Shown here: one piece after another, positions 24,590 through 36,181 of the stretch
Position numbering within the stretch: position 1 is the stretch's first letter
Layout of the letters: every line of letters begins with the position of its first letter
Translations under genes and position numbers: made by a program
Origin: Malacoraja senta
Taxonomy: Eukaryota
DNA length: 64,000 nt
NCBI GenBank assembly: GCA_038087875.1
Contig: CM075979.1
Location: 39,432,001 to 39,496,000, forward strand
Reading direction: 5' to 3'
The notes under the pieces: generated by a model
The model's database searches: none
What the model was told of the DNA's origin: nothing
Seen by the model: only the letters and a program-made list of their open reading frames with translations

Positions 24590-26169
24590 CTGGACAGGTT
24601 CAAAGAAAAGGACCTCACACTCAAACACTTACGCCATTTCAATAATTCTAATGCTGACATATTCTCCGGCTAAACAACAAATTCAGGATATATGCAGGCT
24701 TCTGGACAGACACACACATTGGCTCAGGACAAGGTGTTGAGGCAGAGATATCTTTGCAAGTCACCCTGTGGAAGTGCGCTACATGGCATGATTCTCTGTC
24801 TCAATTACCAGCTCATTTGTAGCATGATCTGGACTCTGTGTAACATGTTTTTCTTTGTGATTCCAGGCCTACAGGTTGTGTGGACCACTCATCCGGAGCT
24901 AGGATGTGGAGACCTGAGGCGTATAAGATCATGAGGGGTTAGATAGGGTGAATGCATAAAGTCTTGTACCCAGAATTGGTGAATCAAGAACCGGAGGATA
25001 TAGGTTTAAGGTGAGAGGGGAAAGTATTTTTTCATGCAGAGGGTGGTAATAATATTGAAAGAGTTGCCAGAGGAGATGGCTGAGTCAGGTACTGCAACAT
25101 CATTTAGAAGACCTTTGGATGAGAACATGGATAGGAGAGGTTTAAAGGTATTTGGCCCAAACGTTGGCAGGTGGGACTAGTGTAGAGAGGGCAACTTGGT
25201 TGGCATTAGTATAGTTTAGTTTAGAGATACAGCGTGGAAACAGGCCCTTCGGCCCACCGGGTCCACGCCGACCAGCGATCCTGCACATTAACACTAGGGA
25301 CAATCTTTTTACATTTCCCAAGCCAATTAACCTTCAAACATGTACGTCAAGTTGGACTTGAATGGTGTGAATGGGGAGAGTGTGGGCAGTGTGAATGGGG
25401 AGGTGTGAATGGGAAGAGTGCGAGCAGTGAGTGTGCACGCCGTCGCCACTCTCCCCATTCACAACACCTGCACTCTCCCTATTCACATCGACAAAGCCAC
25501 AACCCCCAGTCCCAGGTACTGAATTTGCTGCCATATCCAGCCATCCTCCCCACACGCTCCTTGACACACCCACTGTGCACAAACAGTGCATTCATGCCAC
25601 ACCCTCCAACACGCATTAACACCTGCACACACCCACTGACTTACAGATACTCACTGAGGTGATTACACAGGGACTGACATATCCACCACACACATATCCA
25701 TTGTCACACCTTCGGACACATATTAACACACCTACACACACTCACTGACCTACAGATACTCGCTCATTGATAGGGGATTATATGCACCTTTCTCATACTC
25801 ACACACACTCCCTGACACACCTACACTCGCTCAATGAAACACCTGCACACGCAAATTGATGCATTCAACACCCCAGCAATCACGGATATACTCATCTCAC
25901 ACACAGTCACTGACACACCCTGCCTGACACATTTACTACACATACATTCACTGATGCACTCACCTCACACATATATTGTATATATTATTCACTGACTCAA
26001 AGACAGCTCACCCCCTAATGCGCAGTGTCCTACACACTCACTGACACACCCATCTCGCATTCACTGTCCCCACTGACAATCCCTCGTACTCGTGACACCC
26101 CCAATAATCACCGACTCTCCCTGCACTCGTTGCTCCCCGCCAGGCTCCGTCTCCCCACCTCACACTCAC

Positions 26170-26298
26170 AGTTCAGTTTGCGGGGCTCCTCCTCATTGGT
26201 GGTGCTGCTGCTGTCGTTGGACTCCGGGACGTTCCCGCTTGACGTCAGGCCCGCGTCCTGCTGCCAGCTCTGCACCTTCATCGCTCCACAATAGTTGC
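26170..26298 (-). CDS. AGBL2: AGBL2 probable exon (NYCGAMKVQSWQQDAGLTSSGNVPESNDSSSTTNEEEPRKLN)
   Basis: Acceptor atcgcacag|, strong donor ACT|gtgagt; 129 nt, symmetric phase 1. Poorly conserved region; an alternative 117-nt version (26276-26392) is also in phase. Confidence 0.5.
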
Positions 26299-26514
26299 CT
26301 GTGCGATCTAAATGGAGCATAGTCATTGTCCCCCTTCTCCAACACAAGCTGAGTGTCTGGGGTTGGTGTGGGGCCTCCCTTGGTGAGTTCACCTACGTAG
26401 GGCGAGGTCTCCAAGGGCAGGTGGGTGAGAATGCGTGCTAAGAATGTATTTCCCAATTTACCTTGTTGCAAGCCACGCTCTTTTTTTAAAAACACTGATT
26501 CAGCATGGAAACAG

Positions 26515-26890
26515 GCACTCTGAGACCAATCTGTTAGTGATTCCCAGAGTAAATACAAAACATGGGAAAGCAGGATTTAGTTACTATGCAACAAATAGCT
26601 GGAATAAACTTCCTGAAGATTTAAGACTTGCCCCTACTTTCACCACTTTTAAAACAAGACTGAAAACTTTTATGTTTACTTTAGCTTTCAGCTAAATAAC
26701 TACATTGCACTTTTAACTTTTGCACTTTTCTATAATGCATTTTTAACTTTGCTTTGATTTTCTTTAATTCTTCTATTTTATTTCATTTTATTATTTTATT
26801 TTATTGTATGACATGTTTTTATGTGAAGCACTTTGAGTCTGCCTCGTGTATGAAATGTGCTATATAAATAAAGTTGCAGTTGCAGTTGCA
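26515..26890 (+). mobile_element. L2-clade LINE 3' end with (GTTGCA)n tail, inserted in a minus-strand V-SINE
   Basis: LLVIPRVNTKHGKAGFSYYATNSWNKLPEDLR...FKTRLKTFMF*; 3' end gtgaagcactttgag...atgaaatgtgctatataaataaa. Confidence 0.85.
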
Positions 26891-27221
26891 CTTTGACCCA
26901 CCCGAGCCCTGCCAATTGCTGTAAATTGTAAGTAGGAACGTGTTATGTCACTTTCTCATCCACTCCTTACACACTAGGGGCAATTTACACATCAATTAAC
27001 CTACTCCTGCACATCTTTGGGAAGTGGGAGGAAACCAGAGCAACTGGAGGACACCCACGCATTCACATGGAGAACATGCAAACTCCACACAGACAGCACC
27101 CGGAGAAATGGATTGAACTCCGGTCTCTAGTGATCTGAGGCAGGAACGCTACCAGCTGTGCCATTGTGCTGCTACACTATTTACACTTTCTCTGTAGCTG
27201 TCACACTATATTTTGTACTGA

Positions 27222-27322
27222 CATCAGTCTGAAGAAGGGTCTCGACCCAAAACGTTGCCTATTTCCTTCGCTCCATAGATACTGCCTCACCCGCTGAGTT
27301 TCTCCAGCATTTTTGTCTACCT
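27222..27322 (+). mobile_element. ~100-nt Penelope-derived mini-element with a degenerate hammerhead motif
   Basis: cagtctgaagaagggtctcgacccaaaacgttgcc...ctgagtttctccagcatttttgtc; GAAA box mutated to AAAA. Similar copies at about 28240-28330 (-), 35040-35125 (+) and 53646-53735 (+). Confidence 0.75.
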
Positions 27323-28615
27323 ACTTGTATATGGTATGATTGCACTTATGTAAGGCATAATCTGCCCAGATAGAATTAAGACCAATGTTTTTCACTGTTT
27401 CTCATTTGACAATAGGTAACCGATGACAATATATCTGATTGGGAAAGATCGAGTCTAAACAGGGAAGATGTGTTGAGGTGGTTGATATGGTCTGGATTTC
27501 TGATGGAATATCTGTGGTGATTGTTTTCGGGAAGAAGAATGTGTGCTGGTATGACTGTCTCAGGTACAAGACGCATGGAGTCCTACAGAATAGAAATGGG
27601 CCCTTCGGCCCAACTCATCCATGCCAACATTTTTGCCCTTCTACCAATCACATTTGCCTGCATTAGGACTGTATCCATGTATGCTTTGCTGATTTAACTG
27701 TCAGTTTAATGCCTCTTCAACATAGAAAGTGTATCTCATTCCACCACCTCCTCTGACAGTACGTTCCAGATACACTTTAGGTGCAAAAAAAATTGCCCCT
27801 TTAAAACTCCTTCTGCACACATTTAACAATGGGCTTTTGTTTTTGATACCCCTACTATGGCAAGTAAACTAACTATCTATCTTATCCATGCCTCAAAATT
27901 TAATATGATTCAATCAGATCATAACTCAGCTTCCTTCGCTCCGGGGAAAATAAGCACAGCCTATTTCAGGCAAACTCTGCTCCTTGGAGGAGCCTCTCTA
28001 TCTCAGGGTGAAGAAACATTGCAGCCATGTTTGTGAAGGATGGGGCAGGCTCTGAACGGGGGCTGATCCAGGCAGATCAATCTTTGAGCATCAGAACAGT
28101 GTGTCCAGGGACAAAGTCCATGGGATGAGGAGGGTGGATTGCTTCTCGAGGTGTACAGATTCTCAGGAGAAACTGTCGGTGCTATGGTATAGTTTTGGGG
28201 GATGCCTGTGTAGGGTGGGAAGTAGAGGTCTTCCTCAAGTGTTGGACACAAAATGCTGGAGTAACTCAGCGGGTGAGGCAGCATCTATGGAGAGAAGGAA
28301 TGGGCGACGTTTCGGGTCGAGACCCATCTTAATCTTCTGGATTAGCCTACCATCGGGAACTTTATTAAATGCCTTCTTAAAATCCATGTAGACAACATGC
28401 ACTGCCTTACCCTCATCGATCACCTTCGTTACCTCCTCAAAAAACGTAGTCGTTAGTAAGATATGACCTGCCGTGTACGAAGCTATGCTGACTCTCAAAT
28501 TAATTCATCTTCTAAATGGGAGTAGATCCTAACCCGAAGAATCCTCTCCAATAGTTTCCCTACCACTGACGTGAGGTTCAGCAGCCTCTAATTCCATAAG
28601 GTTGAGGGCACTGAC

Positions 28616-28679
28616 CTGTGTAATAGCCGTAATGTTGCAGGTGATGCCGCATGAGGTTCTCGTATGGATCATTCAGCAC
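28616..28679 (-). CDS. AGBL2: AGBL2 exon (VLNDPYENLMRHHLQHYGYYT)
   Basis: Acceptor tgtgcttccag|, donor CAG|gtcagt; 64 nt, phase 0 to 1; resembles human DPYEDFMYRHLQYYGYF. Confidence 0.9.
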
Positions 28680-28891
28680 CTGGAAGCACAACAGCATGGA
28701 CAACCTTCACCACATACAGCTCCGACACAGCTTTACACCAATGATGGGCTTAACCATTACAACAGCTGTTCGCTGGGATAAGAAATTTCTTCATTCAGCT
28801 CCCCAAACTAATGTCATGCTGGTGTAACCTACTCCAGGCACAGACCCAAATTTAAAACTGGGGCTACATTAAAAGTTGGGAACAGACTCAC

Positions 28892-28927
28892 CTTGAAATC
28901 CAAGACGCCGGCAGCCACAGGACACAT
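28892..28927 (-). CDS. AGBL2: AGBL2 first coding exon (MCPVAAGVLDFK); exon starts at 28935
   Basis: Acceptor ctcctttttag|, ATG at 28927, donor AAG|gtgagt; phase 0 into the next exon. Confidence 0.75.
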
Positions 28928-30715
28928 AGCAAACCCTAAAAAGGAGAGTCCGGAGTTAGAATATGAGGCAGCTATGTCGTAACACAGGTGGAGAAGGGAA
29001 ATGGAGTGCACAGTTACAAGACTACGTTAAAGCTCAGTCTCATTGTCAACACGGGCTTCAGATGCTGCATCTCCCAGTTTATCGGCCCTCGCTAAGAAGC
29101 AGATCGTCCAACATCAAGCAGAGGAACATCACCGACTTTACCTTCAGCCCACAGGGGCAGGCAGGCAGGGCGACTGCTGGGAATCTGCTTGCACTGCAGG
29201 ACTCCACAATGCGCAGGTTGTTCGTACATTATACTATTAAACGACCTGCCACAAGCATCTCCTGCAGGCACTGTTCATCACCCCCCCAACATCCAACTTC
29301 ACTCATTGTAGCATCCTGTCTGTGGCCTGCTTGTGTTGTGATTCGTCCCTTTCTGGGATGGCTGCAAAGATCAAAGCTGTGAGATTATAAAACAGCAGCT
29401 GCGAGAAGCTGCATTAGAGATGAAGTTGGCTGCACTGTACCTGACTCAGGGATTCCCAGCAATGCCATTCCTGGAAACTTGCAACTGAAGCTTTCCATCT
29501 TCTGAGACTTTCACTCTGGCACACTAGATTATTTTAACATCCTTTTTGTGATACTCAATTCTCCCAAGGTGTAATGAGAGATCATAGACTATGCCTGGAT
29601 AGCTTTATCAATGGTCCCAATGTCAGTTCCACTGTAGCTCACTGCCAGTTAGTTCAGTTTAGAAATACTTTATGGAAATGGTCCCTTCAGTCTACTGAAT
29701 CCATGCCAACCATAGATCACACATACACTAGTTCTATTATCCCACTTTCACATCCTAGGCACTGGGGGCAATTTACAGAAGCCAATCAACCTACAAACCT
29801 GCATGTCTTTGGAATGTGGGATGAAACCGGAGCACCCAAAGAAAACGCATGGAGAGAACATACAAACTCCGCATAGACCACACTCATAGTCAAGATCGAT
29901 CCGGCATCTCTAGCACTGTGAGGCTCCTGCTCTACTACTACGCCACTGTGCCACCTTCTGTAGTTCTGCAGTGATTAGCAATATCTGTCAGAGTTATGTC
30001 TATGGATATGTAAACCCTGCGTGTCACATCAGCCCATTCTTGAATCGTCCTGGTAAGTAACAATGGTGCCATAAAAGTGCCAGGCAATCCAACAGGAGAG
30101 AGTCTAACTACCTCCTCTCGATCAAAAAACAAACTACTGGAAGAGCTCAGCAGGACAGGCAGCATCTATAGAGGGGAATGGACAGACGACATTTCAGGTT
30201 GGAACTTTCTTCAAGTCTCATTGCACCTCCTCTTGATAGTCAATGACATTAGCATTGCTGAGTTATTCTGGGGGTCACCATTGAACAGAAACTCGACTGG
30301 ACCAGCCACATAGGTGTCATGGTTACAAAAGTGGGTCAGAGGCTTGGAATCCTGTGGTGAGTGACTCGCCTTTTCTCACCAAAATTATTTCCACCTTCCA
30401 CAAGGCAAAGTCAGGAATGAGATAGAATTTTGTACACTTGCCTGGATAAATGCAGCTCTCACTTCCAATGTGTTTAGTATCATCCATGACTAAATACCTA
30501 CTTGAATGGCACCCTGTTCACCACCAAAGCATCACCACTGGTGCACACAGTGGCAGCGAGTGTATCATATACAAAATGTGCTGCAGTTATTCATGCAAGC
30601 TATACCATCAGCACCTTCCAAACCTGTGACCACACCACCAAATCAGACAAGGGCTGCATAAGATGGTGCATGGGTCCACCATCTGCAGCAGATTCTCCTC
30701 CTCCTTCAGGTTTCT

Positions 30716-33320
30716 TGAGATCTATAAAACTAGTAACCTAACCTGGTCTCTTGCTACTGCTGTGATGATCAAGAAAGTACATCAGCTAATTCTTGTTCCC
30801 AGTCTCTTCTAATACCTTCCGTAGTTGGTATTTCTACATTTAAAATAATATTATACAAATAAGATATTAAGTTTGCTGATTCGGCTTTTATCTGCATTGC
30901 TTCGTTCAGTAAATCTAGTGGCATATTATAATAATCTTTTGTATATTTTTTCAAATAATCACATATTTGGAAATATTTAAAGTATTGATTGTTTCCCAGA
31001 TTATATTTTAGTTGTAATTGTTTGAATGATAATAATTTTCCAGTTTCATACAAGTCTCCGAGTGTTTTAATTCCTAATCTTTCCCATTGTATAAATGATT
31101 TGTCTATAATGGAGGGTTTAAACGAAGGGTTATTAACTATTGGGGATAGAAGCGATAGATTTCTTAATTTTAAATTATGTTTTATTTGTTTCCAAGTTCT
31201 AATTGTACTATGTATGATTGGATTTTTGTTATAGTTTATGTTATTCAGCTTCATTGGTGAGAGAAGGATCGCTCCAATATTACACGAGGAGCAGTCCTCT
31301 CTCTCCATTATAATCCAATCCACCTGCTGGGCAGAGTTGTCCATCAGTTGAATCATATTTTTAATATTTACTGACCAATAATAGTACATAAAGTTAGGGA
31401 GTGCTAAGCCACCTAATACTTTAGGTTTGTTCAAATGTGTTCTTTGTATTCTATGGGATTTATAATCCCATATAAAATTTGTAATGTCTGAATCCAATTA
31501 AAAAAAAAACTTTTTTGGTAGATATATAGGAATTGATTGGAATAGGTAGAGAATTTGTGGTAAAAAATCATTTTTATTGCATTTATTTGACCTATTAAAG
31601 ACATCGGAAGCATTTTCCAGAATTTTATTAAGGTATTTAATTTCTTAAGTAGAGGATTATAATTTGCTTTGAACATGCCTTGATATTTTCTGGTAATTTC
31701 AATACCCAAGTATTGAAATTACCACATCTCTCAAAGGAGAGGTGGAATGAACATTTATTAAATGTGCACAAATGCTCTATTAATGTAAGACATACTTTAA
31801 TACAATTCAAAATTTTACACAGATTATATTACTCAAAAACCAAAATTAGTAAAAAAAATCCCAACGTATCACCTATCTGCGATAAATGTCAGTCTCAAGA
31901 AGCTACTATAGCGCACTCATTTGTTTTTTGTACAAAAATTCAAAAGTTTTGGATTGAAATTTTTGAAATCTTTACAAAATTATTTAAAATAATACTGATA
32001 CCAAAAGCAGAATGGATTATCTTTGGAACAACGGAAGGTAGCCCTGAACTAAATGTGTTTCAAAAGAACCTATTTGATTACGGGTTAATAGCTGGAAAAA
32101 AGCTTATCCTAAAATTCTGGAAAAATGCTCCAATACCAACTATAAACATGTGGATTTGAAACATGTTTGAAACATTACACCTGGAAGAGATAAGACTCCT
32201 CCTAGCAGGCAAATCAGATCACTTCCATAGGACGTGGTCTTCATTTATAGAACTTTTACAAGCATAAGGTGCAAAAGTACTTTAAAAAGGTACCGATGTC
32301 AGGACTTGGTAAAGGGGGATGAAAGGTGGTGAGTTGGTATATCCCATTGATGTTCATAATAGAGTATATATTTTTTTCCTCTTTTCTCTTCTTTCTCTTT
32401 TTTCTTCCCTAGGGTCTATCTCTTAATCTCTTTTCTCTAATTTCTCTTCTATAGGGTCTTTATTCTTTTTTTTCGTCACGCTTTTACACTAACACTAATT
32501 TCTTTCACTTTCTCCTTCTTCTTAATTTCAACCTTTTCTTTTTATTATCTTTAAAAAATGAAGGAGTACATTAATTGTAATAAGGTATACGTGATGTGTA
32601 CTAATGTAATTGTTTGTAATTTAATATACTTCTAATAAATATATATTTTTTTAATTAAATAAATAAATAAAGTTAAATTAAAAAAAGAAAGAAAGTACAT
32701 CAGTGTATTTACTGGGTGCCTGAGAAGATTCAGCATTCTCATGAGGATTCTTTTCAACTCCAAAGATGTGCTATAGAAAGTATTCTGATGGGATGCTTTT
32801 CAGCCCGGTGTGGTAACTGTTCTGCTGTTGACCACCGGAACCTGTAAAGAGTGGTGAACACAGCCCAGGCCATCACAGGCTGGTCACATCCTTTCAGCCA
32901 GTCCATTTTCATAGCGCATTGCATCAGGAAGGCTGTAAGTTTTGTCAAAGATATCTGCTACCCTGGCCATTCCCATTTCCCTTTTCTATCTTCTGATACA
33001 GGAAAACTCAGACATCCAGTTAAGAGAGCTTCTTCCATAATAACACACTTCTCATGCAATGACATCTTTCACACCCCATTGTTATGTATTATTATTTTAA
33101 ACTCTACTTCATTCGGTTATTCTGTCATTGACCTTTAGATTTTTTTTGCTCTACTTCAGATTGCACTGCAATATTTGCACCCTTCTGCACCGTATGCATT
33201 TCATTCATCATTGTATTCGTTGTTGAACTAATTGTATTTAATGTTTACTCTGAGCTTCAAGCAAACTGGGAATGTCATTGCACAGTGGTGTATTTGACAA
33301 TAATTAATCTCAACTTGAAT
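30716..33320 (+). mobile_element. Rex1/Babar-clade LINE fragment, split by an L1 and lying inside an older CR1/L2-type LINE (about 30240-30715 and 33320-33520)
   Basis: Removing the L1 rejoins IKKVHQ|CIY...LRRF, then RCAIESILMGC and RVVNTAQAITG; 3' tail gacaataattaatctcaacttgaa. Confidence 0.65.
30786..32688. mobile_element. L1-clade LINE with 5' inversion: minus segment 30786 to ~31715, plus segment ~31725-32688, polyA tail, 15-bp TSD
   Basis: TSD aagaaagtacatcag at 30771-30785 and 32689-32703. The minus ORFs (YLGI...GGLALPNF...RRDWEQEL) are continued by the plus ORF (SKERWNEHL...QFKILHRLY...CDKC). Confidence 0.93.
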
Positions 33321-33600
33321 CAGCAGTTGCTCGCCATCCTGCTTTGGAAATATATCACCAGTCCTTTATTGTTGCTGGGTCTAAATCTTGGAATTCCCTT
33401 CCGCACAGGGCTGTGGGGGCATCTTCACTAAACAGTGGCTCGCACCACCTCCTCAAGGGCAATTGGGATGGGCAATAAATGCTGGTCTTATCAGTGATGC
33501 TTAGGTCTCAAACTTGAATAAAAAAGTAAATCAAAATGTTTGTCCATCAACTCTGTCGTATGTTGTATCCCCTTATATAATGCTCTAGTCTTATTCTCTG

Positions 33601-33918
33601 TTCCCGATGTTGGGGGAGTCCAGAACCAGGGGCCACAGTTTAAGAATAAGGAGTAAGCCATTTAGAACGGAGATGAGGAATCACTTTTTCTCACAGAGAG
33701 TGGTGAGTCTGTGGAATTCTCTGCCTTAGGTGGAGGCAGGTTCTCTGGATGCTTTCAAGAGAGAGCTAGATAGGGCTCTTAAAAATAGCGGAGTCAGGGG
33801 ATATGGGGAGAAGGCAGGAACGGGGTACTGATTGGGGACGATCAGCCATGATCACATTGAATGGCGGTGCTAGCTCGAAGGGCCGAATGGCCTACTCCTG
33901 CACCTATTGTCTATTGTC
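33601..33918 (+). mobile_element. Young CR1 3' end
   Basis: Near-identical to 16287-16615. Confidence 0.9.
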
Positions 33919-35499
33919 TGTCTCTTTCCTGATCTGATACAAGATGTTTCTGTCATTTATTCTATTCCACTCTCACTCTCTGATGCAACATAGGAACATG
34001 GAAACATAGAAAATAGGTGCAGGAGTAGGCCATTCGGACCTTCGGCCCTTCGAGCCATTCAATATGATCATGGCTGATCATCCAGAATCAGTACACCGCT
34101 CCCGCTTGCTCCCCATATCCCTTGATTCTGTTCATCCAATATTTCCATATTTCTATGGTGTGCATTCTCTCTCTTATAGAATACATTCCAACCTCTCTGT
34201 GATATAAAGAATGCTTTTTCATGAACACTGTCAAACAAGGTATCCCATGATCTAATGTCCCAATCATGTTCTCTATTTTCCTCCTCTGAAACAAAATATT
34301 GCATTCCCTCTCTCTCTCTCTCTCTCTCATACAACACAATCTGAATTTTCCATATCGCTATGGCCTACTGAGTCCATGCCGACCAGCGATCCCGAATACA
34401 CTAGTTCTCTCCGACACCCTAGTGACAATTTCTACAGAAACCAATGAACCCACAAACCTGCACGTCTTTGGAATGTGAGAGGAAACTGGAACACCAGGAG
34501 TAAACCTGTGAGGTTTGTAGCCAAACTCTATATTGGCAGCACCCATAGTCAGGATCAAACCCAGGTGTCTGGCTCTGAAAGGCAGCAGCTCTACCACTGT
34601 GCTACTGTGCCTATATGAGCTATGGACCTGGACCCCAAGATCCATCTAGACATCAACGCTATTAGTGGTCTTGCCATTAACTGTATGATTTCCCTTACAG
34701 TGGACCTCCCAGAGTGTTACACCTCACACTTGTTTGGATTAAACTCCATCCGCTATTTCTCTGCCCATATCTGTAACTGATCTATATCCTGCTGTAACCT
34801 CTAACAACCTTCCTCATTCTCAGCAACTCAACCAATTTTGATAATATATATATACAGCAGGAAGGTTGTCAAGGATACAGCGGGATATATATCAGTTTCA
34901 GACATAGGTGGAGAATGGCCAGTGGCACACCACTGTTCACAGACCTTCAGACAGCATAACACCCTTCCACAATTACCCCCTTTGTTTTCTATGGGTAAGC
35001 CAATTCTGAAACCAAACCACTAAAGCTTACAAAGTGTTTAAGAAGGGTTTCGGCCCGAAACGTTGCCTATCTCCTTCGCTCCATAGATGCTGCTGCACCC
35101 GCTGAGTTTCTCCAACATTTTTGTCGTTCCGGCCAGTTCGTCTTTATCATGAACACACCATCTACACCTTCACCCCACACCAGGATGTTTTCTGGGCCCT
35201 CTGCTTCTTCCTCGGACAGAGACCCAGTAGGTCCCTTCCAACCGGCAGGTACTCCAGGCTCACTCTCACACCAAACACCTTCTCCTGTCACCCAAATACC
35301 TTGTGCCCGCCCTTCCCTGCTCCGGTACCCGTCCAGGCTTCTGTCCCCAGCGGTCTCCCTGCTCCGGCTCTGCGTCCACTCGAGTCTTGGTCTCAATTCA
35401 CCGGGGTTGGGTCACTCGGCGCCTGTAACCCCGCTCGTTGCCCGGACTCAGCTCCTCTCCCGTCCCCTCTGCCCCCTCTCAGCCCAGCCACAGATGCCA

Positions 35500-36145
35500 C
35501 CCACCCACCTGGTCTCACAGCGACCCCTCTCCCCCTTGTTCACTCTGGTCCCCCTCACACTCCCCCCTCCATCCAACTCCTCCTCCCCACCTCCCCTCTA
35601 CATCTCTCTCATTTCCCCCCTTCCCCAACACTTTCTTTTCCTCTTCCTCACACTTTCCTCCCCTACCACTCCTCCCTCCTCTCTGCTCACACTCTCCCTT
35701 TCCTTTCTCACTCACCTTCTCTCCCTCTCTCATGCCTCCCTCCCACTCAGCCCTCTCCTTCCCTCTCTCACCATTCTCCCCCCCCCACACCTCTCCTTCC
35801 CTCTCTCACCCCTCTCCCTCTCTCCTTCCCTCCCTCAGCCCTCTCCCTCTCTCAGCCCGCTCCCTCTCTCCTTCCCTCTCTCAGCCCTCTCCCTCTCTCC
35901 GCCCTCTCCCTCTCTCAGCCCTCTCCCTCTCTCCTTCCCTCTCCCCCTCTCCTTCCCTCTCTCAGCCCTCTCCCTCTCTCCTTCCCTCTCAGCCCTCTTC
36001 CTCCCTGCTTCACACTTTCCCTTTCTCCCTCGTCTCAACTCACGCTCCCCTCTCTCTTCCCTGCCCACTCTCGTCTCCAGCTCCCCACAATCACTCTCCT
36101 CCTTCTCTCCCTCCCCCCATCCTCAACACCTGCCCCTCTCCCTCG
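35500..36145. repeat. CT-rich low-complexity/minisatellite tract (ctctctcagccctctcc-like units)
   Basis: Nearly pure polypyrimidine; open in all three plus-strand frames. Confidence 0.9.
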
Positions 36146-36168
36146 ATCCCCGGGAACCTTTCCCGCGC

Positions 36169-36181
36169 GTCGCCTGGCAAC
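36169..36181. promoter_or_regulatory. RFX X-box motif (GTCGCCTGGCAAC) in a small CpG-rich patch; candidate AGBL2 promoter
   Basis: Matches the X-box pattern GTYNCY-N-RGYAAC. CpG-rich patch at about 36140-36265, about 7 kb upstream of the first AGBL2 coding exon. Confidence 0.6.

Larger units (their letters stand above)
5711..28927 (-). other. AGBL2: AGBL2 (cytosolic carboxypeptidase 2, CCP2; M14D tubulin deglutamylase) gene, confident coding span; further 3' exons probable to about 1 kb
   Basis: The spliced translation has FESGNL, HPGE, NPDG, DLNR, DFHGH and YTME motifs of M14D CCPs, plus the N-terminal DPYE...HLQHYGYY motif of AGBL2. It lies next to FNBP4 as in human. AGBL3 is the alternative paralog; synteny and the N-terminus favour AGBL2. 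Confidence 0.92.

Noticed and set aside
5711-28927. Calling AGBL2 a pseudogene
   Set aside because: There is only one clear lesion, in a short homopolymer, and the splice sites and catalytic motifs are otherwise intact. Read data are needed.
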